The notes beneath the pieces are model-generated. The model did not search any database. It saw only the letters and a program-made list of their open reading frames with translations, and was not told the DNA's origin. The position numbers were made by a program, and so were the translations under genes. From the NCBI GenBank assembly GCA_001938485.1, contig MQRK01243530.1, forward strand, positions 36,059 through 93,146: a stretch of 57,088 nt of DNA, given 5' to 3'. The stretch comes from Girardia tigrina (lineage: Eukaryota). Positions 39,401 to 51,400 of this stretch are shown here, in pieces. Position 1 is the first letter of the stretch. Every line of letters begins with the position of its first letter.

Positions 39401-42400
39401 GAGAGTGCTGTTTGAACATTGATTTTTGGATCACATGATCTTATCAACAATGCTTCACATGAAACTCTCTCCCAATAATTTTTAAAATGCTTGCACAAAA
39501 TCATTAAATCATTTATGCTCATTGTGAGGAATGTTTTGAATTGTGTGTTGATATTGTGCATGTTGTATGTTGATTCAGATTGTGACTATCCTACACATAT
39601 GATTCTTACTAATTAAAAATAATTTAATTTAATTTTAAAGTAAAAAGATTTAAAATAATTTTTGAATGTATTATTTATTTTTTAATGTAATTTAAAATTT
39701 TAATATATTAATTTAATATNNNNNNNNNNNNNNNNNNNTTTAGATTTAATTTCAACCAATTACATTCTTTATAATTAATAATTTTTATTAACAGATTTTC
39801 ATTTATTGAAAATAATTAGTTTGAACTCAGAAATAAATTGATCAAGAGAGATGTCAAATAGTGAATGTGCTTGTGATAATAATAAATATTGCAAAACTCA
39901 TATTGATATTGTTAATATGACGACCACAGCTCATGTGACAACGAAGATTATGGGACACGAAAAATTTGATGGATCCGAGTCGAAATTAGATGACTTCATA
40001 AAAAATTTCGAACGTTATGCGGATATTATGGGTATAACAGAAGATAGAAGATTAGTGATGGTGACGATCTTCATGACTCCATCAGCAATCACAAAATTTT
40101 CAGAAGCAGATGGAAATACGTATAAAGAAAAATTTAAAACGGCATTTGTGAAAGAAAAATCTTTGCTCAGCACAATGAATATGGTTGACGATTATGAGGT
40201 GAAAAGATAATTGAAATTGAGAGGAGCTACCGAAACAAAGGACATAAAATATGTAGTTTAAAATATGTATGAACTCCGCAAAATGGAAAAAGAAGAAACA
40301 GTTTGCAGCATACAATATGGTAGGTAAACATGATGAATGGAAAACGGTAGGCAAACGTAAACCACACTATATAGAACGCAACCAACAAAGAAATATCGAA
40401 AATAGGTACACTAATCAAAGAAATAATCAATACAAACCGAGAAATAACTATTCAAAAGCTGTAAAATGCTGGGCATGCCACGAAGAAGGACACATCAGAG
40501 GAAACTATCCAAATATAAAGTTTTCTTATTGCAATAAAATGGCCATATCAGGACAAAATGCTACATGAACAAGAATAGATTTAAAGAAAGAGACCAATAT
40601 GCCAGAAAAAATGAATGGTAAAGAACAAATAACTCACGAAATCAACAGAGGCATCAAAATCGAAGATATGATATTGCAGAAATGCATGATGAAAACGATT
40701 ACAAGGAATATGAAGAAACATGATCAAGTGAAGGAAACTCGAGGCAAAAAATGTTTACAGATAATAGACATGTATACGACAAAGACCAAGGAAACGAGGA
40801 TGCACGATCACAAGGAGAGGTGATCAGTGTGCTTCACTAAAAAGTAAAAATGTGTGTGTATGTGATTGTGTATGTAATGGTATGTATGACTGTATGTGTG
40901 ATTGTGTGTTGGAAGATACCCCTCTCGTAGTTTGTGAATTAGATTGTTGGAAAGAAGAATTTGAAACATACTGTTTTGATAAGGAGATAAAGAATAAAAC
41001 ACAAAGGTTGAAACAGGAAGAAATGTTGAAAATATCAAAGCTCAATATTAGATATGACAAATTGAATGGAAGACCAAGCATTGAATTTAATACAAAGAAT
41101 ATGAATGTTGAATGTCTTTTGGATACCGGTGCCAAAGTAAATGTTGTTAAAGCAGATATACTTAAAAGTATGAAAGATGTTCAGATAGAGAAAACGAGTA
41201 AACGCATTCATTGGGCAAATGATTCAGAACTTATAAATTATGGAATTGTTAAATTAAAAGTAATAATTGAAGGAGTACAAAAAATTATAGAGTTTTATGT
41301 AGTCAAAGAACTCAACCCAGAAATGATATCAAGAGTTGACTTTTTAGACAAATTTGGAATAAAACTAAAGAAGGAAACTATAGATTCAAGTGATATATGG
41401 ATGATTAGAGATAGTCCAACAAATGATGACAGACTAAAAAGAATTAAAGAAATATTTAGGACCAAAGTTGTCAACGAACTAATGAGACTATTAACATAAT
41501 TTAAATCAATATTCATGGCTGACAAGTGGGATGTTGGGAAAACTTCCTTAACGAAACACAAAATAGAAACTCATGGAGAACCAGTCTTAGTGAAGCCTTA
41601 TCGACTACCACAACATTTTGAAGAGAAACTAGATGATGTCATTAGAAATTTTAAAGAAAACGGTATAATTGAAAAGTGTAGTTCTCCATGGAACTTCCCT
41701 CTGGTGTGTGTATGGAAAAAAGAGAAACAAGACATCCGAGTATGTGTCGATTTTCGACAGTTAAATAAAATTACAGTAAGACTGGCATTTCCCATGCCAA
41801 ATGTGGGTGACATGTTAAACATGTTGAATGGAGCAAAATATTTTAGTACAATCGATCTGGGAAATGCATATTATCAGGTTGAATTAGAAGAAGATTCAAA
41901 GATTAAAACTGCGTTTTCAACAAAGAATGGTCAATATTGTTTTAAAAGAATGCCTTTTGGAATTGCAGCGGCTCCAGCTACCTTTCAAGAATTAATGGTG
42001 AAAGTTCTAGGAGATTTGAATTGGAAAGAATCAGTCGTATATTTGAATGATATTTTGATTTTTGCAAAAGATAGAGAAGAACATCTTCAAAGAATACATA
42101 ACGTATTTGAGAAAATTAAAGAATCCGACTTGAGAATTAATCCTGAGAAATGTCAATTCCTAGTAGAAAAAACGAAATTTTTAGGATATGTCATAAGTAA
42201 AGAAGGTATTGAGACAGATAAAACAAAGAAAATTTCAAAACCCATCATGTATCAAACATTTAAGAAGCTTTTTGGGTTTGACGAATTACTACAGGAAATT
42301 CATAAAGGATTACGCTAGATATGCAAAGGTTTTAGAAGGCTTATGTGGTAAGAGCAAGGATAAAAAACTGATTTGGACTGAAGAATGTGATGACGCTTTT

Positions 42401-45400
42401 CAAAAATTAAAAGAAAGAATGATTAAGACAGCAATTTGGCATACCCTGATTTTTCAAAGGACTTTATACTCGATACAGATGCAAGTTTTGATACAATAGG
42501 AGCGGTGCTATCACAGAAAGACATATGTGGAAGAGAAAGAGTAATTGCACATGGTTCCCATAAAATGAATAAACATGAAATTGGTTATTGCATTACAAGG
42601 AAAGAACTGCTTGCAATTTATTATTTCACTCAACATTTTAAACATTTTTTGTATGGGAAAAGATTTTTGTTAAGAACGGATCATAAAGCTATCACTTTTA
42701 TGATGACTACGAAAAGCGCTCTTACACCACAGTTTCAAACATGGATAAATTTCCTTAGTGGTCTTGACATGAAAATAGAATATCGGAAAGGTGAGAACCA
42801 TTCAAATGCTGTTGCGATGTCTAGAAATTCTTGCGAATTGTGTAGCCAATGTCAGACGATGCATGAAGAAGCCAAGAAAGGAAAGATCAAGACGAGAATT
42901 CTTGCATTGAACGAAGAGTCAGAGGGTTTCAAATGGCAAAAGAATAATGAAGAAATAAGACAAAATGTTGAAGATATCAGAAAAGGGAAAACGAGGAAAT
43001 GGATACTAAAAAATGACATCGTGGCAACTCAGGACAATAAATACTGGATCACAAAAGAAAAACGAACAGATTTTATTGAAGAGATGCACAAGCTGTTATG
43101 CTATGCTGGTAGTAAAAAAGTCTATAACAATCTTCGAGAAGATTTTGACATGGAAAATATGAGGAATTTCATTAAAGAAATAGTTCAAAGTTGTTTAAAT
43201 TGTCAAAAAAGAAAGACATTATCAGCGAAAACGAAAGAAAAAATATAAAATTGTCGGCAGATGAACCTTTCCAGAAAATATACATGGACTTCTGTTGACC
43301 ATTCAAAAGAAACATAAACGGATATCAATACGTACTTGCAATTGTAGACCAATTCAGTAGATATATTAGCCTGAATGCAGTTGCTAGTCAAGATGAAAAA
43401 AACAGTTCGTAAAGTGATATTGGACAGATGGATATGGAAATTTGGACCTCCAAAAGAAATCCATGTTGATTATAGTTACAACTTTTTTATGCTCAGCAAT
43501 ATTACTCTTTCCCCCTCTTTGACTGTGTTCTTGGACTCGTTTGCAGAGATGACGGGCAGTCTCTCCGATGTATGTGGCATTGCACCCATTACATTTACTG
43601 CGGTAATTTGAGCATAAATGATTTTAAGATTTTGTGCTAGCATTTTAAAAATTATTGGGAGAGAGTGTTATGTGAAGCATTGTTGATAAGATCATGTGAT
43701 CCAAAAATCACTGTTCAAAAAGCATTCTCTCAACTAATTTGTTAAGAGTTCTCAAAATAAAATATGAAAATGTTACAAAAACAGACGAAGTTGTTTTAAT
43801 AATCCACGGAACGGGTAGATTTTTAAATTAACTTGAATAGTATGTTGTATTCTCAAATATATTGTTGGTATTTCAATGGAGTTATTTTCAGTACCGGATG
43901 GTGCGCCTACTGAAACTAAAAGGGTGACCTTCTCCACGAACTCTTAAAACTATGCTACATATTTGAGGGTTTTTCATAGGAAGTTTAAAAAAATTTATAA
44001 ATTTAAAATGGCAGTCAAACTTTTCAAGTACATTCATTTACAGATACTGAAAATATCGACAATTTAGAATCGCTAATTTTAAACTTATTATTTAAGGGGT
44101 TATGAATTAAGGAATTCTTTTATATGGATTTTTTACCAAAATTTAAAATAAAATTGTAAAAAATAAAACAATATCGATGAAATAATCTATGCAATGTAAT
44201 TACTGTGACAAAATTATTAATTAGAGTGAAATATTTTTTTTTATTTTTCAGATGGAGCCTATCCCTACAGGACATTGGTGTTCAATGACCTATAGAACAA
44301 ACGATTTCTTGCATTTTTAAGTAATTGCACAGTGGAAACTTTCCCCATTAGATTTAAGCTTTTCAAATATGTTAATCGTTGCCTGTCGTGATCTTTCCTA
44401 CCAACAATCTTTCTAGTGGTGATTTCATTTTGTAATCCTTCTTTTCTGATGATGATACCTAGAATTTGAATTGTCTTTTTGATTGCCAGGATTAATTTTC
44501 CTTTTCTATAGCCAGAGCGTGTCTATACATCTTTATTACAAATATTATTGGTTTAACTAATCTTCAACATTTGGCGTAAGAACCACCTCACATCTGTATC
44601 AATTCTCTTTTTAATTTCTTGTGAAATCATCAAACATTCTGAGCCATTTAAAAGAACAAAATAAACGTACCATTCTCAAAGTCTTAGCTTTGTTGTCATA
44701 GTGATTTTTCTATTTTTGAGAAGATATTTCATTTTGGAGTATAAATCTTGAGATATATATATATATATATATATATTTATAAAGAAAAATAAAAATATTG
44801 ATTTATATATAAGTAAATCCAGTATCTCTTAATTGATTATTTTAATCATTTCTGAGATTCGTTAGGTATCTAAAATTTTGAAATGATACATCTCGTCAAA
44901 AGAATCTTACTATGCTATTGTATAATTATAGTTCCAGTTTAAACTCTTTTCACTAGCAGTGTTGTATCAATAAAGCAATTTGAAAAAGCATAATAAAAGC
45001 ACAGACAACCAAGATTTTATATAGTTTCATCGTGACCAATTTAATCTCCAAGATCAATTAAGAAGCGTTCCGCATTATTTATTGACATTGACTGCCTATC
45101 GGCCTATGTCGAAGCTAATCCACATCTGAAATCAAATGAGCTGATTGAGAAATTCGGCTTTATCCATACGTTCACTTTGCATCATTTGCAGGAAAAGTGC
45201 AAAATTAATAAACTAGATGTTTAAGTCTCTCGTCAACCAACTGACTTTAAATAAGTCTCGTTTTGATTGAATAAACAGAGTAGTTACTGTAGATCTGAAA
45301 TTATGTCTCTACTCAATTATGACAAGCAAAAATGCCTCTCGAAAATGCCGACAAGTATCAAAAGAAGCTCATGTTTTATGCATGGTGGGATATTGCTTAG

Positions 45401-48400
45401 GTTTCAATACAGAATTTAATGTCGAGTCCCAATTTTTTTTTCAATTAAAATGTGAAAATCGTTGTCTTATTGTGTTTAGAAACAAGTGGTGGAAATACAC
45501 CAGCGTCATAAAAGGAAAATGTTACGAACAGTTTGAGTCTCTCAGGTTGTCTAATATTGAGATTTATGTTTGAATGTCACTTTGAATGCTTTTTTTCAGT
45601 TATATGTCATTTTAAAATAGTTTTTTATGTATTTAAATTCAATTTTGAAAAAGTGAACTTGAAAAAATTTTTATATCAATATCATTATTTATTAAATTAA
45701 TCGACGACATAAATGAAAATAAATTCATTCACAGTTTATTATTGTTATTATAAGGAATTTATCGTTTTAGACAAAGTTTGTCCAGTTTTTCTAGCCCAAT
45801 TTATCAGAGCTTCAAAAAGATCAGTATCACTTCTCAGGATATTTCAGAAAATCCCAGTTTATATAATCCAATTATTGATTGTCTTGTATTAAAATTATCA
45901 GATTTTAAATCCATTTTAGAAGATACCTCAGAGGTTAGTTTTGACATTATTTTATTATTTTTAATATATTCACTAATATATTTTGATTTATTATTCGTCT
46001 TAATTTGGCTTTTTTTTCTAAAATGAATTAATCTGATTATTTTTTAACATAACTAAAACAGATGACATCAACCATTATTGAATAGAGATTTATTTGTCCA
46101 TTTATTTAATATTTTTATAAACAAATGATCGAATATATTCGTTTAGATTTTTGATATTATAAAAATAATTATTTTATGGACTTATTGTGATGTGCCTTTT
46201 TAAATATTCCAGTATGTCACTAAATACCCTATTCAAAATAAGGTGAAAATCACAATTTTACATTAAAGTTGCGCTGCAAAAAACATGGATTTAAGCCGGA
46301 TTTTGTATGCGATTTACAGTCCCAACCATCGACTTTCCATTTATGGTGATCGGATAAAACAGTACAAGATAAAACAGAAAATGACAAAACAGAATGGAAA
46401 AAAAACAACAGTGATAAATCAGAACAATGATAAAACTGAACATATGAAAAGTTAATTAAAGAGCAAATGCCAAAGCAATCGTCTATTGCTAGAAATTCGC
46501 AAATGCACAAAGAAGGTACTTTTTTACCCAATCCTAATTCAATAAATTTCGAAATCCCAGATATATATGTGAATTTCATTTTATATGATACGGGTGCTAA
46601 TGATGGTCCAGAATTTTTTTTGCCACCTACACAAAATTTCCACTAGCTGAAGTAAAAGGGTGTTTATTTTCATTTATGTCAAAGCCTTATAAGAAAAATA
46701 CATGCAGTTGGCCTAAAAGAAGAATTTCAGTCTGACATCAATGTAAAACTACAATTAAAATCATTAGCAGCACTTTCGTTCGTCTCTCTTCTTTGAAATA
46801 AGACTAATCTTTGACGAATTATCAAGAACATTTCCAGTTGAAAATCAACATAAATAGAAGAAGTTGCTGGCAGATCTTCACTTCTTCCTCCACGTATTTG
46901 GAATCATTTTGATGCAGCTGTTGGAAATGGTGCTAAAACGACGAATGCTTGTGAAGGAATTCATAACGCTTTGAATTCGCTTTTTCATTGCTATCATTCC
47001 AGCATTTGGAATTTATTGGAGGGCCTTGAAAGAGATATGGCATGTCACCATATAACTTTGGCGAAAAAAAATATGAAATACTTGATGACAAAGTGGCTTT
47101 AGTAAGCAGAAATTATAATAATGAACCTGATAAATTGAGGTTTTTATGTTGCATTGTTAATTTGCAATAAATATTTATTTGTTTTCGTTTTCATTGTCAT
47201 TTAGTTTTTGCCATGTCATGTTTTTTTACATATTATGTGTAACTATTTTTTATGTGACAAAAATAAAAATGTTATTTGTTTATCAGTAATTATTGTGTTT
47301 CAAAAATACATAAATGTTCTGTTTTATCGCTGTTTTGTTTTATCATTGTTCTGTTCTGTGTCTGTTCTGTTTTATTCTATTCTGTTTTATCTTGTACTGT
47401 TTTAACACAGAACCTCCATTTATATTGTAACTATTACATTTGATTATTACATTACATATATTTCAAGATTACTTTAAACAAGTAATTTAAAAAGTAAGTA
47501 GAGAGAGATAATTAACGAAAAAGATTTGTTTAAAATTCGTAACGCTATGAGATACTTAAAAAAACTTATGTTTTATTCTACCAATGACAAAGATTTTCAT
47601 TCAACTTTAAAAAATTACTTACTTTTAACTTTAAAATGTATGTTTGTTTGTTATAATATTATATAGTTATATTAAAGTGCTAAAAAAAGAAAAAGTTAAT
47701 AAATTTTTAAGTATAAAGTCATAAAAGTTATAAAAATTTATTTGCAACCTCACTGGATTTATAGCTAATTATAATTACTTAATATTTTAAAATGTAGAAC
47801 AAGAAAAGAAAATAACAACGAAATGAATTTTCTATTACAGAATCGCAACTCACAGAGATCAATTTCTTAATATATGAGGCTTGTTGCGCAACATACTTCC
47901 ACCAATGATGTACGGTGTTATCAAATAAATTTTCAAAGAAATTCGGAAATAGTCGGCCCAAAATATTCTTCACTTTCAGTTCTGTTACATTAGTGATCCT
48001 TAAGATTCTTCTTTAGAGTGTAAAAATGCAAATTCATTGGAAGCAAAATCTGGAATATATGGTAGATACTGCAACAGATTGAAGCTTTATTCTTCTACTT
48101 TTGTTGCTGTGACGTTGCAGGTGTGAATGAGAGTGTTATCATGGAGGAGTCAAAGAGGAACGCCTCCTGATTTGCGCCTTTCCTTCTGGAATTTTTATTG
48201 GTCTTCCTTCTGATTCCAAGTTGAACACAGATCGTCTTCCATTTTTAAAATCCAGAATCCAATTCTAGATGTTCACATATGATGGCCAATCATTTCCAAA
48301 GGCTTCTTGTATTGGGTTGGCCAAAAAGTCATTGCGTTTTTGAGTACGTCCTAATAAAAAGCTTGAAAGTATAAAACGATGTGATAAAATTTAAATTCAA

Positions 48401-51400
48401 TTATATATTCTGAAACCTTAATTTTCAGACTATGTTTATACAAAATATTAAATGATTTTGTTTTAATTTATTACTTTACCATCAATTCGAAATGGAAAAT
48501 CAAAATGAGCATATTCGTCATGTTTTGTTGCATTATTTTCGCAAAGGGAAAACCACTGTGCAAACCCATAAGAAGATATGTTTTGTATATGGTAGTGACT
48601 CCTTAAACCTTCGACAGTGTCAATACTGGTTTTCTAAATTTCGTTCTGAAAAATTTCATCTGAAAGATGCACCACGCTCCGGTCGACCAGTTNNNNNNNN
48701 NNNNNNNNNNNNNNNNGCACTGATCAAATCTAATCCACATATGACGACAAGAGAAGTTGCAGAGACTCTGGAAATATCAAAATCAAGTGTTGGAAGTCAT
48801 TTAAAGAAACTTGGATTCGTCAGTAAACTCGATATATGGTAACCACATGAACTAAAAGAAATTCATTTGGTGAAACGTATAGACATTTGCGATTCCCTTT
48901 TGAAGTGAAAACAAAGTGATCCATTTTTGAAGCGCTTGATTACGGGTGACGAAAAATGGATTTTTTACAACAATGTGGAACGCCGACAATCATGGACAAA
49001 ACGCGATGAGCCTGCCAAAACGATCCCAAAAGCAGAAATTTACCAAAAGAAAGTTATGCTTTCCGTCTGGTTGGATATAAAAGGAATTGTGTTTTTTGAA
49101 CTCCTTCCGCGGAATGAAACCATCAATTCAGACAGATATTGTGGTCAGCTGGAGAAAATGGCTCATTCAATTCAACATGAACGTCCTGAATTGGCAAATC
49201 GAAAAGGAGTTGTAATTCAGCATGATAACGCAAGACCGCATATAAGTTTGACCACTCGCCAGAAACTCTTATCCCTGGGTTGGGAGGTTTTGCCGCACCC
49301 ACCGTATTCTCCAGACTTGGCTCCATCGGATTTTCACTTATTTAGATCACTGCAGAATTCCTTAAACAGAAAAACATTCGCCAGTGATGATGACATCAAA
49401 TCGTTCCTAGACGGCTTTTTTGCTGACAAAGGCAAAGGTTTTTATGAATCAGGAATAATGGAGCTACTGGAAAGGTGGGAGAATGTGATTGAAAATAATG
49501 GACAGTATATCGTGTAAAAATATTTGTGCATCCATGTCATTTTTTGATAATAAATATTTTAGTAAAAAACGCAATGACTTTTTGGCCAACCCAATAGGTG
49601 TTCCTGATTTTCGGTGATGTCAATCTTCTTGAGAAGAAACTTGATAACACTTCTGTACCAAACCGATGAACTGATGTTATAGGACAAAATTGAGTTTTTA
49701 GTGATAACCATAACTTGTATATAAGTTATATACATGTGTTCCACATCATGGTCTGTAATATGATATTTATGGTAACATATCCTCGTTTACACATATACAT
49801 TTATAGATTACTCTAAAGATATATTGGTTACATAATTTACATAAATGTAATTTCACTATTAATTTGTTTTACTAGTATTATAATTATTATATTTTTAATA
49901 TTAGTTAAGCAAGATTTGTATTCCGACTGCTTATGGCGGTGAAATTGTGGGTCCCCTTGGTCCTCATCGGTTGGCTCTGATTGACTTAATCCATCATTTG
50001 GTATTGTTGGAACAAGAGAGAATATACTCTGAAATTATTAATAGTCAAATAATTTCTACCCTACTGGTAAGTAAATATAATTTAAATTTTTATACAGTAT
50101 CACGTTTGGACTATTAAAACATTGCAATTTAATTCTTTTGTCTGCAATTTCATTTTAAAGAAAATCATGCACTCATATTTTAATAATGATAAAAATTTAA
50201 GTATATTTCATCACTTTAAAGCATGGACAAAATTGGTTTTATTTATCGGGATTTGACCATATTAACCCTTTGACTACCGAACTATTTTTTTACTCATATT
50301 AAATAATGACAGGAGATGGTCCAAGTGCAAAAGCAAACTCGCAACTGACAAGTACTGACAAGTTTTCAGGTAGTGTGTGTAGATGGCGCGCAAGAGGACA
50401 TCCACTATTTACAACTGGGATGCAAATAACCGATTTCGCATACGAATTTGTCTCTGGAATTTTTTGAAATCGCTTGGGACGTATTGTCACAATTGTAGTT
50501 AAATGGTTAAGGAAACACCTAGAAAAATCAACAAAATTTATTTTAAAAGATATGTAGATTCATTTTTTGCGGTAATTACTTCCTCGATTCTCCGAGATAT
50601 TTAAATAATTTAAATTTGATTATAAGCTTTTAAAAAGGAACGTAAAGATTAATAATTTAAATAAATATTTTAGAAAGATAAAGAAAAGTTGTTCGGATAA
50701 TCATTATTAAAAAGACTGAAATAAAAACAATTTTGAATGACATCGAATTTCGAAAAATCTTCCGCTATTTTTTGATGTTAATAAATGTTTTCATAATAGT
50801 TGTGTCAGTGCTCTTAACTGTATGTGTTAGCAAAAAATAACTTTTTCCTTTTATGGGAAATGCATATTAGTTTCCTAATATGTAAAATTTAGTACGCAAT
50901 TAAAAGTATTATTGGGTTCTTGATCAAGAGAAGTCATTAACACAAAATTTTATTTCTATAACAATTCAAGTTTCTTAAACAAATATTTTTGAGGAACTTT
51001 CGCACTTTCATTTTTACAAAAAACCATTATAAATAAAAATAGATATAAATATAGATATGGTTATTTAATTTATTAAGAATTTAAATTTATACTTTTTTTG
51101 TTAAAATTATAAAATTATTAAAATTTGTCACAAAGTTTTTGTTGCATCTTTTATTTAAATTTCATAAATTTAATCGTTTCTCAATTACATTTCCACATTC
51201 TATAAAATTACATTTTCATTTCGTTTTCACAATCGTTTAAATATTATTTTTTAGATTCGGTAAAATAACGTTTTAAAAATAAAATTAAAATCGAAATTTT
51301 TGTTTAATTTAACAGCTTTTAAATTACCCATTTTTAGACAAAATAAAATTATATTTTCAAAAAATTTTACATTTTTAGTTTAATTAAATAATTTTTAAAT

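Larger units (their letters stand above)
47790..49690 (-). mobile_element. Old internally deleted mariner split by a younger mariner
   Basis: WYRSVIKFLL..QEHL|QEAFGND.PSY..NWILDFKNGRRSV..EGRP joins across the insertion; LLHDN and PY.PD.A remnants. Confidence 0.7.

Noticed and set aside
39851-39950. MSNSECACDNNKYC... as the true gag N-terminus
   Set aside because: This part lies in the LTR-like unit, and the frame is not preserved in the 30268 copy.
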